Shown piece after piece: positions 16,492 to 24,749 of a DNA stretch of 64,000 nucleotides. The position numbers were made by a program, and so were the translations under genes. The stretch comes from a virus. Taxonomy: Duplodnaviria > Caudoviricetes. Location: positions 29,343 to 93,342 of IMG/VR virus record IMGVR_UViG_3300012974_000540. One strand, 5' to 3'. Each line of letters begins with the position of its first letter. Within the stretch, counting starts at the first letter, position 1. A model generated the notes under the pieces. The model saw only the letters and a list, made by a program, of their open reading frames with translations, had not been told where the DNA came from and did not search any database.

Positions 16492-16755
16492 TCAGGCCAG
16501 CAGCAGGTATTGCCGCAGGTGCCGGCTGGCGGCCTCTGCGCGCTTGTGCAGGACGGCCTGACGGGCCTGGCCGAGCACCTCGGTGCTCCGGTCCATCTTC
16601 TGGCTGACATCCTCGGGGATCGCATCGCCGTAGAGGGCGGTGAGCTGGGCCGAGCGTGCCAGCAGGATCGCCACCTCGGTCTCCACGGCGGCGCGCAGGC
16701 GCTCCAGGGGGAGCGTGGCGACGGTGGCGAGGAGGTGGGCTTCGATGTGGCTCAT
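16492..16755 (-). CDS. hypothetical protein (cassette)
   Basis: 87 aa behind R18. Confidence 0.65.
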   Translation of the reverse strand: MSHIEAHLLATVATLPLERLRAAVETEVAILLARSAQLTALYGDAIPEDVSQKMDRSTEVLGQARQAVLHKRAEAASRHLRQYLLLA

Positions 16756-16762
16756 GGGTGGT

Positions 16763-16817
16763 CTCTCTTTCGCCGGATCTGCGGCTTGTCAGCCCGGCCG
16801 CCTGGCCGGGAAGAGAG
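16763..16817 (-). ncRNA. type III hammerhead-like motif R18 (CUGACAA core)
   Basis: CUCUC UU CCCGGCC AGGC GGCCGGG CUGACAA GCCG CAGAUC CGGC GAAA GAGAG. Confidence 0.75.
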
Positions 16818-16847
16818 TCCCCCTCCCCGTAGGGGAGGGGGGAGAGA

Positions 16848-17222
16848 TCAGTCGTCCAGTTCCGCCAGCCGCGTCAGCCGGTGGAGAGGGTGCGACGCCC
16901 GGTAGAGGACGATCTCCCGCTTGGTGACCTCGGCGACGATGTCCGTCACCGCCCGGAAGGCGGAGAGGACCAGCTCCGAGGTCATGTCGAGGTTGCCGGC
17001 GGTGCCATCCACCAGGTGGCGGAAGCGCATCCCGGCCTCCTCGGCCTGGTCCCGCTCCGGGAACTGGGCGGGCAGGTAGCAGAGCCGGCTGCGGCCGTTC
17101 CCCTGGTTCGTCAGGGTGACGGCGACGGCGTGGCGGGTGTTCGACGTTTGGATCACGGCATAGCCGGCGGCGAGGCCCGGAAGGCCCGGCTCGCCGATCG
17201 GCAAGCTGATCGGGTGGTCCAT
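16848..17222 (-). CDS. hypothetical protein (cassette)
   Basis: MDHPIS start behind R19. Confidence 0.65.
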   Translation of the reverse strand: MDHPISLPIGEPGLPGLAAGYAVIQTSNTRHAVAVTLTNQGNGRSRLCYLPAQFPERDQAEEAGMRFRHLVDGTAGNLDMTSELVLSAFRAVTDIVAEVTKREIVLYRASHPLHRLTRLAELDD

Positions 17223-17229
17223 GGGGGTT

Positions 17230-17279
17230 CCTTTCGCCCGAGTTGGGCTCAACAGCCCGGCGGGGGGGTGCCGGGTAGG
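17230..17279 (-). ncRNA. type III hammerhead-like motif R19 (CUGUUGA core)
   Basis: CC UA CCCGGC ACCCCCCC GCCGGG CUGUUGA GCCC AACUC GGGC GAAA GG. Confidence 0.7.
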
Positions 17280-17382
17280 GTTGGACGCGCCAGATTGGTT
17301 TGTGTAATGTTGCCTTTGGCCCGCATCTCCCATGCGGAGATGCAGAAACCCCCGCCCCATCTCTGGAGCGGGGGTTCGCGTT

Positions 17383-17805
17383 TCAGGCCTTCGCGGACTT
17401 GGTCCTGATGACCACCTCTTCCGCCTCGCCATCAATGACGGGCTTGTTTTCGGCGGTCTTGGTCATGACCTCGGCCGCATCGGCCACGGCATCACCGATG
17501 GTGTTGCCGACGGCCTCGCGGGCGCTGTCGATGGCGTCGCCAACGGCTTCGCTGACAGCAGACCCGGCTTTGGCGGTGGCGTCGTAGGCCGTGGTGGCGG
17601 CGTAGGCGACGCCATCATAGGCCGCGCCGGCCGCCATGGCGCCGAGCCGGAAGGCGCCCGCCACGAGGGCGATGCCGCCGATGGCGACCACGGCGGTCGC
17701 CAGGAACTTCACGCCTTCCTTCGCTCCTTCCTCGACCGCCTTCCCGATGACCGGGGTGGCGGCGGAGGCAGCGGACTGAAGCATCGGCGCAATAGCGTTG
17801 AACAT
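17383..17805 (-). CDS. Ala-rich membrane protein
   Basis: GGAG SD; hydrophobic FLATAVVAIGGIALVAGAF; terminator-like hairpin at about 17345-17378. Confidence 0.7.
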   Translation of the reverse strand: MFNAIAPMLQSAASAATPVIGKAVEEGAKEGVKFLATAVVAIGGIALVAGAFRLGAMAAGAAYDGVAYAATTAYDATAKAGSAVSEAVGDAIDSAREAVGNTIGDAVADAAEVMTKTAENKPVIDGEAEEVVIRTKSAKA

Positions 17806-17933
17806 GGATAGTCTCCGTTTTTGGTATCAGCATCCTTGCTGATGTCTATTATTTGGGACTTATTCTAATCATTTCAATAGATAAGCGTCTGAATTTGCTC
17901 ATTAGTTGAGCAATACTTGGAGTATATTGTCCA

Positions 17934-18821
17934 ATGCCCAGCCTGACCGAGGAGCAATGGATCGCGGTCCGGGCGGAGTGGGAAACCGGTGTCGGTTCCG
18001 AGCGCGCTCTGGCCCAAAAGTGGGGCATTGACCGCAAGCAGGTCATCCGGCGCCGCTCGCGCGAGGAATGGGTCCGCCTGGATAGCCAGCGGGACGCCAT
18101 CGTGTCCGAGGCGAACCTCCGCACCGCCACGCGCGCCATCGAGATCCAGGGCGTCGCCGAGGAGGTCTTCGACGATGCCGACCCGGTGGTGCGCGAAGCG
18201 CGTGTCGCCGCCCGCATCGCCGAGCTGCTGGCCGCCCGCCCGCCGCAGCGGCCCGGCACCTCCCCGCCAGGCGCCAATGGCCGCCCCACCCTGCCCCGCC
18301 CCGTGCTCTCGGCCGAGCTGCGCGAGTTGGCCCAGCGCGAAAGCCGCGAGGTCGCCATCGAGACGGCGGTGCGGACCATCAGCGATGTCTCCCTGGTCCA
18401 GATGCAGGAGGCGCAGGAGCAGCGCGCGATGCTCGACGCCTACCGCCGGCTGGTGATGGAGGTGTTGACCGGCGACGAGGCGACCGCGCGCGCCGCGGCG
18501 GGCCGCATCCTGGTGACGCGCGGCGACAGTCTGGCCGCCGCCGTCGCCACCTGCACCCGCTCCGCTGAGGGAATTCAGAAAATGGAGCGCCTGGCTCTGG
18601 GACTCGACAAAGCCCCCGCGAAGGGCGGCCAGTCGGAGGAGGGCGGCACCTCGCTGCTCAGCAACGAGAACGGGGCGCCGGTGATCGACACCACGCAGCT
18701 CTCCACCGAGGACCTCGCGGCCCTGAGCCGCGTCGCCGCGATGCTGGACGGCAGCGACGTGGACGACCTGCCGCTGCCGCCCTCGGGGCCCATCATGATC
18801 TCGTCGGAGATCTCCGCGTGA
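17934..18821 (+). CDS. terS: terminase small subunit
   Basis: N-terminal HTH (W..VRAEWETG..SERALAQKWGI..EEW.R); directly upstream of terL. Confidence 0.7.
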   Translation: MPSLTEEQWIAVRAEWETGVGSERALAQKWGIDRKQVIRRRSREEWVRLDSQRDAIVSEANLRTATRAIEIQGVAEEVFDDADPVVREARVAARIAELLAARPPQRPGTSPPGANGRPTLPRPVLSAELRELAQRESREVAIETAVRTISDVSLVQMQEAQEQRAMLDAYRRLVMEVLTGDEATARAAAGRILVTRGDSLAAAVATCTRSAEGIQKMERLALGLDKAPAKGGQSEEGGTSLLSNENGAPVIDTTQLSTEDLAALSRVAAMLDGSDVDDLPLPPSGPIMISSEISA

Positions 18822-19669
18822 CCATCGACACTTCCCGTGCCCTGCAGCTCGCGCGTGCGCAGCGCGTGGAGATCGAGCGCGAGCTGGGGAAGCGGTCCTT
18901 CTACGAGTTCTTCAAGCTGGCCTGGCACCAGCTCGACCCGGTGAAGTTCCTCGACAACTGGCACATCAAGCTGGTCTGCGACGAATTGCAGGCCGCCGCC
19001 TGCCGGGAGCACCGCAACCTCGTGGTCTGCATCCCGCCGCGCCACGGCAAGAGCCTCATCGTGTCGCAGGCCTTCCCGGCCTGGGTCTGGACCTGGTGGC
19101 CGGCGGCGAAGTTCATCACCGCCTCCTATGCCATGGACCTCGCCACGCGCGACGCGGTGGCGACGCGCCGCCTGGTGCAGAGCGAGTGGTACCAGGCGCG
19201 CTGGGGCGGCCCGACCGCCATCAAGGCCGACCGCGACCGCATCACCTTCTACGAGACCGAGGCCGGCGGCTACCGGATGGCGACCTCGACCAATGCCCGC
19301 GTGACTGGATTTGGTGCGGACATCATCCTATGCCTGCCTCCAGACGCCGTGGTTCGCACGGAGCTTGGTCTGCGCCCCATCGATGCTGTGGTGCAGGGAC
19401 CGGACCAGATGGTGCTGGCCTTCGACCACGCGCAGGGCGCCGAGGTCTTCCGCCCCATCGCCCGCCGGCAGCGGCTTCCTGCCCGCGAGCTGGTGGAGAT
19501 CGAGACGGCGGATGGGCAGACGCTGCGCTGCACGCTCGATCACCCGGTCTGGGTGGAGGGCCGTGGTTACGTGCCGGCGGCCGAGGTTCGGGAAGGGGAT
19601 GAGGTGCTGACGTGCCCGGATGCCTTTACCGGCTGCGCTTCCCGAATGGAAAAACCTACATCGGACTGA
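18818..19669 (+). CDS. terL: terminase large subunit N-fragment plus split intein IntN
   Basis: Walker A IPPRHGKS; ..GFGADIIL then intein block A CLPPDAVV and block B LRCTLDHPVW. Confidence 0.9.
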   Translation: MTIDTSRALQLARAQRVEIERELGKRSFYEFFKLAWHQLDPVKFLDNWHIKLVCDELQAAACREHRNLVVCIPPRHGKSLIVSQAFPAWVWTWWPAAKFITASYAMDLATRDAVATRRLVQSEWYQARWGGPTAIKADRDRITFYETEAGGYRMATSTNARVTGFGADIILCLPPDAVVRTELGLRPIDAVVQGPDQMVLAFDHAQGAEVFRPIARRQRLPARELVEIETADGQTLRCTLDHPVWVEGRGYVPAAEVREGDEVLTCPDAFTGCASRMEKPTSD

Positions 19670-20508
19670 GCCGGCATGGCTTGGACTGGCGCTGGCGGCG
19701 CCATCTGCGCCAAGCCCTGGATGAGGGTTCCCAGGCGTTGGTTCACCGCGCCATCCGCCAGCATGGCGCGGCCTCGATCCGGCGTGAGGTGCTGCTGGTC
19801 GCGGACGACCTGACCTACCTCGGCATGATGGAGGTCGCCGCCATCCTGCGCTTCGGCACCCTCTCCCCGCGAGGCTACAACCTGGTCGGTGGGGGCGAGG
19901 GGACGGCGCAGGATCTGCGAGCGGCGCGTCGCGCCACCTGGGAGGCGGCTGGATACCGCGAGAATCAGAGCGCGAAGCAGAGGCAGGCATGGGCTGGCGG
20001 GGAGCGTCGCATAGCCCAGGCCGAGCGGACACGGGCGCTCTGGGCGGGCGAATATGGCGAGCGGATGCGGACCCGGCATGCGGCGCGCCCCAAAGCTCCC
20101 CCGAAAGCCCTTCTCACGCCCGATGAGCGGGCGGCGGCGCTGCGCCAGGCTTGGACGCCAGAGCGTCGGCTTCGGCAGTCCGCCATCATCAAGGCGGTGG
20201 CGGCAACGCGGCGGGATGCGCTCTCCGCACAGGCCCAGGCGCAGATGGCCGATCCCGCCGCCCGCATGAAGATCGCGAAGTCTGTCTCGCTGCTGGGCGA
20301 CAAGCGGTTCCGCAAGGCGCGGAAGCCGGTGCGCGGGCACATCCTGCGCGCGCTCTGGGATCGGATTCCCGAGGTCGCGACCTGGGAGCAGCTCTATCAA
20401 CTCGGGTTGCGCAAGCAGCTCATCCCGAAAGCCGTGGCGAACGGCAATTTACAGGTGATCGATGACGACGAAGCTGGCGCGGGTGAGCGCGGTAAGGCGG
20501 GTGGCTGA
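19612..20508 (+). CDS. free-standing GIY-YIG homing endonuclease
   Basis: GCLYRL..NGKTYIGLS..RWRRH..E..GYN; basic repetitive C-terminus; different frame from terL, own GAGGTG SD. Confidence 0.85.
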   Translation: MPGCLYRLRFPNGKTYIGLSRHGLDWRWRRHLRQALDEGSQALVHRAIRQHGAASIRREVLLVADDLTYLGMMEVAAILRFGTLSPRGYNLVGGGEGTAQDLRAARRATWEAAGYRENQSAKQRQAWAGGERRIAQAERTRALWAGEYGERMRTRHAARPKAPPKALLTPDERAAALRQAWTPERRLRQSAIIKAVAATRRDALSAQAQAQMADPAARMKIAKSVSLLGDKRFRKARKPVRGHILRALWDRIPEVATWEQLYQLGLRKQLIPKAVANGNLQVIDDDEAGAGERGKAGG

Positions 20509-21595
20509 CCTGCCGAGCCACGTCTGCAATCTGGAGGTCGAGGGCACCCACAACTTCTTCGTGGACGGCGTATTGACCCATAACTGCGACGATCCGCACA
20601 ATGTTCGCCAGTCCGAGAGCCCGGCCGAGCGCGCCCAGGTGCATAGCTTCTGGTTCGAGGCCATCCCGTCGCGGTTGGACAAGCCAGATCATGGCGTCAA
20701 GGTCATTGTTCAGCAGCGCGTCCACGAGAAGGATCTCGCGGGCGAGTGCCTGAAGCGCGGCTATTACCCGGTGGTCGTGCCGGCGCGCAGCGAGCTGAAT
20801 CACCCGCAGCGCCATCCGAAAGACCCGCGCCCCGAAGGCGAGCCCCTGTGGCCCACGCGCATGAGCGACAAGACGCTCAATGCCCTGGCGACGGAGATGG
20901 GGTCATACGCCGCGGCGGGGCAGCTCCAGCAGCGCCCGGCCCCGCGCGAGGGCGGCATGTTCAAGAAGACCTGGTTCCAGGTCGAGGCGGCGGCGCCGGC
21001 GCGCGCCATCATGACGGCCGTGCGGCGGTGGGATCTTGCAGGCACCGAGGCCAGCGGCGTCGGCAGCGACCCGGACTGGACGGCCGGCGTGAAGATGGGG
21101 AAGGACGAGCTGGGCCGCTACTGGGTGCTCGACGTGGTGCGCTTCCGCGACAGCGCCAGCAAGGTCGAGCAGGCGATCAAGGCCATCGCCCAGCAGGACG
21201 GCACCGGCTGCACCATCGGCCTGCCGCAGGACCCCGGCCAGGCCGGCAAGCACCAGGCCGGATACCTCATCCGCCAGCTCGCCCCCTTCACGGCGCGGGC
21301 CACCACCGAGACCGGCGACAAGGCCACCCGCGCCACCCCGTTCTCGGCCCAGGCCGAGGCGGGCAACGTGTTCATGGTGAAGGGGGACTGGAACGAGGAC
21401 TTCCTCGACGAGCTGGCCTCCTTCCCGAACGCCTCGCACGACGACCAGGTGGACGCGGCGGCGGGCGCCTTCGGGATGCTGCACGACAGCGGTGGCGGGA
21501 TGCTGGAATGGATGCGCCAGCAGGCGTCCGGCATGGAGGCCCAGGCGCCGTCTTCGCACTGGACGGTGGAGCGCATGCGCCTCGCGGGCCGCTGA
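20462..21595 (+). CDS. terL: split intein IntC plus terminase large subunit C-fragment
   Basis: VCNLEVEGTHNFFVDGVLTHN|CDDPH (blocks F/G, Cys+1); QQRPAP; RRWDLAG; HDDQVDA nuclease motif. Confidence 0.9.
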   Translation: MTTKLARVSAVRRVADLPSHVCNLEVEGTHNFFVDGVLTHNCDDPHNVRQSESPAERAQVHSFWFEAIPSRLDKPDHGVKVIVQQRVHEKDLAGECLKRGYYPVVVPARSELNHPQRHPKDPRPEGEPLWPTRMSDKTLNALATEMGSYAAAGQLQQRPAPREGGMFKKTWFQVEAAAPARAIMTAVRRWDLAGTEASGVGSDPDWTAGVKMGKDELGRYWVLDVVRFRDSASKVEQAIKAIAQQDGTGCTIGLPQDPGQAGKHQAGYLIRQLAPFTARATTETGDKATRATPFSAQAEAGNVFMVKGDWNEDFLDELASFPNASHDDQVDAAAGAFGMLHDSGGGMLEWMRQQASGMEAQAPSSHWTVERMRLAGR

Positions 21596-21973
21596 CGACA
21601 TCGGCGGTCTAACGCAATGATAGAAAAGGATGCCACCTTCACATTGTCGTGTGGTAGGGATGGGCCTCCATGTGAAGCGCGAAGGCCATCGATGAAGCAG
21701 CAGCTGGCGATCTGGTGGCCCGATGCGGGTGATCCGCTCGTCGTCTTCTTCGTCGCCGAGGCCAGGGGGATCGCGACCATCAGCATGGACGGCGCCCACG
21801 CCCTGGTCCCGGCCGATGCGGTCTTCCGCCTCGACCAGATTCCTGACTTCCAGCCCTGCCGGCTGATGGACGATTGGGGGACCGCCTGATGGAACCGGCC
21901 GACATCCTCGCCACCCTCGCCTTCACGGTCGGCACCGGCATGCCGCAGCTCGTCCTCTGGTGGCTGCAAGCGC

Positions 21974-22366
21974 GTGCTTGAAAAGCCGGTCCGGCACCGC
22001 TCGCCGGGCCACCTGAACTTCATTCGCGGACTGCGCTGCGCCACCTGCCAGCTCGGCCCGCGATCCACGGCGCACCACCTCACCATCGCGCAGCCGAAAG
22101 CGCGGGGCCTGAAGGCCGGAGACCAGTGGTGCGTGCCGCTCTGCGCGCCCTGCCATCACCAGCTCCACGCCCATGGCGATGAGCGCGGCTGGTGGAGCAA
22201 CCAGGGCATCGAACCCCTCCAGCTGGCGGCCCGTCTCTGGGCGACCAGCCCGCATCACACGGACGATCCGGCGGCGCGGCACCCGTCCAAGAAACCCCGT
22301 TCCCGGCCTATTCCGAGCCGGCCGCTCAGATGGACACCAGCATGTACCTCGGGTTTGCGAAGGTAG
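21974..22366 (+). CDS. DUF968-like putative HNH nuclease
   Basis: HLNFIRGLRCATC..AHH..GLKAGDQWCVPLCAPCHHQLH. Confidence 0.75.
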   Translation: MLEKPVRHRSPGHLNFIRGLRCATCQLGPRSTAHHLTIAQPKARGLKAGDQWCVPLCAPCHHQLHAHGDERGWWSNQGIEPLQLAARLWATSPHHTDDPAARHPSKKPRSRPIPSRPLRWTPACTSGLRR

Positions 22367-22617
22367 AGACGAAGCTCATCCAGGAAGGCATCCTGGAACT
22401 GACGATCCGCAGCCGCACCGGCAAAGGGCGGCCCACCGTGATCTCGGTCGATGCCGGGGGCCTGCGTCGCCTGATCGCCGACTTGCAGGCGGTGCAGCCG
22501 CAGGTGGGCGACCGCCAGCAGGGCGAGCGTCGCCTCCGCAGCGAGGTGGAGCAGGTCTTCCGCGACATGGGCAAGCTGGCGCGGGGCGGAAAACGCCGCG
22601 GCGGGGCGCCGGCCTGA
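22330..22617 (+). CDS. hypothetical protein
   Basis: MDTSMYL ORF; start uncertain. Confidence 0.45.
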   Translation: MDTSMYLGFAKVETKLIQEGILELTIRSRTGKGRPTVISVDAGGLRRLIADLQAVQPQVGDRQQGERRLRSEVEQVFRDMGKLARGGKRRGGAPA

Positions 22618-22682
22618 TTGAGCCGCGCGATCCGCTCTGGTATTGCTTTTCCCTCGGAAGGCGCCCCGCGCCTTTTCGGAAA

Positions 22683-22711
22683 TTGCCTCCCCCTCCCCGA
22701 TCCTCTAGAAT
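22683..22711 (+). promoter_or_regulatory. sigma70 promoter for the Y RNA
   Basis: TTGCCT-17 bp-TAGAAT, 7 nt upstream of the RNA stem. Confidence 0.75.
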
Positions 22712-22718
22712 CGCAAGC

Positions 22719-22833
22719 GGCGGGTCGCCGTGGAACTGTTCTCATGTCGCCGGTTCGAGTCCGGTCCGGTGCCCGTCGCATCGGTAGCTCAGTTGGTAGA
22801 GCAGATAACCGGTTCCACATTCCCTTATCCGCC
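22719..22833 (+). ncRNA. yrlA: YrlA-type tRNA-like Y RNA
   Basis: terminal stem GGCGGGU/AUCCGCC; T arm GCCGG-UUCGAGU-CCGGU; loop-closed acceptor stem CCGGUGC/GCAUCGG; then UA and D arm GCUC-AGUUGGUA-GAGC; adjacent to Ro60. Confidence 0.88.
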
Positions 22834-22862
22834 TTGCTGAGTGTGTGAGCGCACACTCACAT

Positions 22863-22944
22863 CGACAGGGGAGCCACGGGTCGCCGGCTGGGCGTTATCA
22901 GGCATGAGTCGCCCCGCCATCATCTCATCCGTGGCTCCTTGTCG
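22863..22944 (+). ncRNA. second Y-like long-stem RNA
   Basis: CGACAGGGGAGCCACGGGU/AUCCGUGGCUCCUUGUCG stem; shares CGGGUCGCCG/AUCCG with YrlA. Confidence 0.55.
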
Positions 22945-22948
22945 CTCC

Positions 22949-22977
22949 TTGCCATTTCACATCGCGATGTGAAGAAT
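22949..22977 (+). promoter_or_regulatory. sigma70-like promoter with palindromic operator in its spacer
   Basis: TTGCCA-17 bp-AAGAAT; TTCACATCGCGATGTGAA at 22956-22973. Confidence 0.6.
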
Positions 22978-22983
22978 GCGGCA

Positions 22984-23069
22984 GGCGCCGCAGATCGCCC
23001 TCTGGAACAGCGCCTTCCCTCCCCAAGCGGTCGGGCCATCTCCGTTCCTGGCGTCCCCTCCCCCGGGGT
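22984..23069 (+). ncRNA. third Y-like stem RNA or structured rsr leader
   Basis: GGCGCCGCAGAUC/GGUCUGCGGCGCC stem; UCGCC..UGGAAC/GUUCC and pyrimidine-rich loop as in YrlA. Confidence 0.55.
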
Positions 23070-23100
23070 CTGCGGCGCCCTCCATCGCGAGGTGTCGATC

Positions 23101-24726
23101 ATGCCCGACTTCCCAACCCACGCCACGCCGCCCGCTCAGCTGCGTCCGATCACCGGCCGGGAGGCCGAGATGATCCGCAACAAGGCAGGTGGATACAGTT
23201 TCGCCCTGACGCCCTGGGAGCGCCTGGAGCGCTTCCTCATCATGGGCAGCGAGAGCGGCAGCTACCGCGTCGGCGAGGATGACCTGACGCTGGAGGGCGC
23301 CCAGGCGGTGCAGCTCTGCCTCGTGATGGATGGCCCGGAGACGGTGCGCCGGGCGATGCGGGTGTATCAGGGCGAGGCGGTACCGAAGTGGAAGCCCGCC
23401 GTGTTCGCCCTGGCGGTCTGCTCCGTCCATGGGGCGCCCAAGGTCAAGGCGATGATGCGCCAGGCGGTGGCGAGGCTCCGCACCGCCGCCCACCTGCTGT
23501 TCTTCGTGCAGAGCTGCGACCAGCTCGGCAAGTGGCGGCGCTCGCTGCGCGCGGCCGTGCGGGCGTGGTTCGAGGCCCGCGACCCGGTCAAGCTCGCCCA
23601 CCAGGCCCTGAAGTACCGCAGCCGCGATGGCTGGGCGCTGGTGGACGTGATGCGCATGGCCCACGTTCCGATGCGGGGCGACAAGGCGCCCATCGCCCAG
23701 TTCCTGCTCGGCAAGCCGCTCGCGGCCGACGCGCCCTCGATCCTGCGGGAATACGAGGCCATGCGACGCATCGCCACCGCGTCGGATGATCCCGCCGCGC
23801 CCCTGGGAGCGATGGCATGGGCGACGGTGCTGCCCCGCGAGGTGATGCCGACCGAGGTGCTGGCCCATCCGGCCTACTGGGCCCTGGTGGCGCCCAAGGC
23901 GCTGCCCCTGGAGGCCCTGCTCCGCAACCTCGCCACGATGTCGCGGCTTGGGGTGCTGTCGGACCCCGCCACGCTCGATGCGGTGGCCCGCCGCCTGGGC
24001 GACGCGGACGAGCTGCACAGGGCGCGGATTCACCCGGTCCAGCTCCTCATCGCCTTCCTGGTCTATCAGGCCGGCGGCGGTGGCGGGCGGTCGGCCCAGG
24101 AGCGCGAGGCGCTGCGCTTCGAGCCGGTGCCCCGCGTGCTGGAGATCCTCGAACGCGCCTTCTTCAAGATGCTCCAGGGCCGCCCCGCGGTGCGCCGCCG
24201 CATCCGGGTCGCCGTCGATGTCAGCACCTCCATGATGCAGGAGACCCTGGGGACGCCGATGCGCTGCAAGGAGGCCGCCGCCGCCATCGGCCTCGCCTTC
24301 TATCGCAGCTGCGCCGCGGCCGAGATCGGTCTGTTCAACACCCGCTACCCGGCCGCGCGGGACGGGCAGGCGCCCTACCCCTTCCAGGTGACCCGCGGCT
24401 CCGGGCTGATGGACATCGTGCGCCAGGTCGAGCGTGCCAGCGGCGGCACCGACTGCGCGGCGCCCATCATCGAGGCCCAGGTGGGGCGCCGCAGCTTCGA
24501 TGCCTTCGTCATCCTCTCCGACGGGGATAGCTGGGCAGGCCGGGACCATGTGGCGGTGGCGATGGACCGCTACCGCAAGACGGTGAACCCGGACGCCAAG
24601 CTGGTCCTGGTCTCGATGACGGGGGCGGGCACCGACCTGGTGGACCCGCTGGACCGCCAGGCGCTCGGCGTCGTCGGCTTCGACGGCTCGGTGCTGCGGG
24701 TGATCGAGGATTTCCTGGCCGGATAG
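23101..24726 (+). CDS. rsr: Ro60/Rsr TROVE-vWA RNA-binding protein
   Basis: NKAGGYSF..RLERFLIMGSESGSY; KYRSRDGW; ALLRNL; RIHP; MIDAS DVSTSM, GGTDC, ILSD; about 541 aa. Confidence 0.93.
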   Translation: MPDFPTHATPPAQLRPITGREAEMIRNKAGGYSFALTPWERLERFLIMGSESGSYRVGEDDLTLEGAQAVQLCLVMDGPETVRRAMRVYQGEAVPKWKPAVFALAVCSVHGAPKVKAMMRQAVARLRTAAHLLFFVQSCDQLGKWRRSLRAAVRAWFEARDPVKLAHQALKYRSRDGWALVDVMRMAHVPMRGDKAPIAQFLLGKPLAADAPSILREYEAMRRIATASDDPAAPLGAMAWATVLPREVMPTEVLAHPAYWALVAPKALPLEALLRNLATMSRLGVLSDPATLDAVARRLGDADELHRARIHPVQLLIAFLVYQAGGGGGRSAQEREALRFEPVPRVLEILERAFFKMLQGRPAVRRRIRVAVDVSTSMMQETLGTPMRCKEAAAAIGLAFYRSCAAAEIGLFNTRYPAARDGQAPYPFQVTRGSGLMDIVRQVERASGGTDCAAPIIEAQVGRRSFDAFVILSDGDSWAGRDHVAVAMDRYRKTVNPDAKLVLVSMTGAGTDLVDPLDRQALGVVGFDGSVLRVIEDFLAG

Positions 24727-24749
24727 ACCATCCCGCCAGGGCGTGAAGC

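Noticed and set aside
19340-20590. Group I intron in terL
   Set aside because: Both flanks encode clear intein blocks in the TerL frame, leaving no room for an intron core
22749-22802. tRNA gene
   Set aside because: T arm precedes D arm, acceptor stem is loop-closed, and there is no anticodon arm or CCA; this is the YrlA layout
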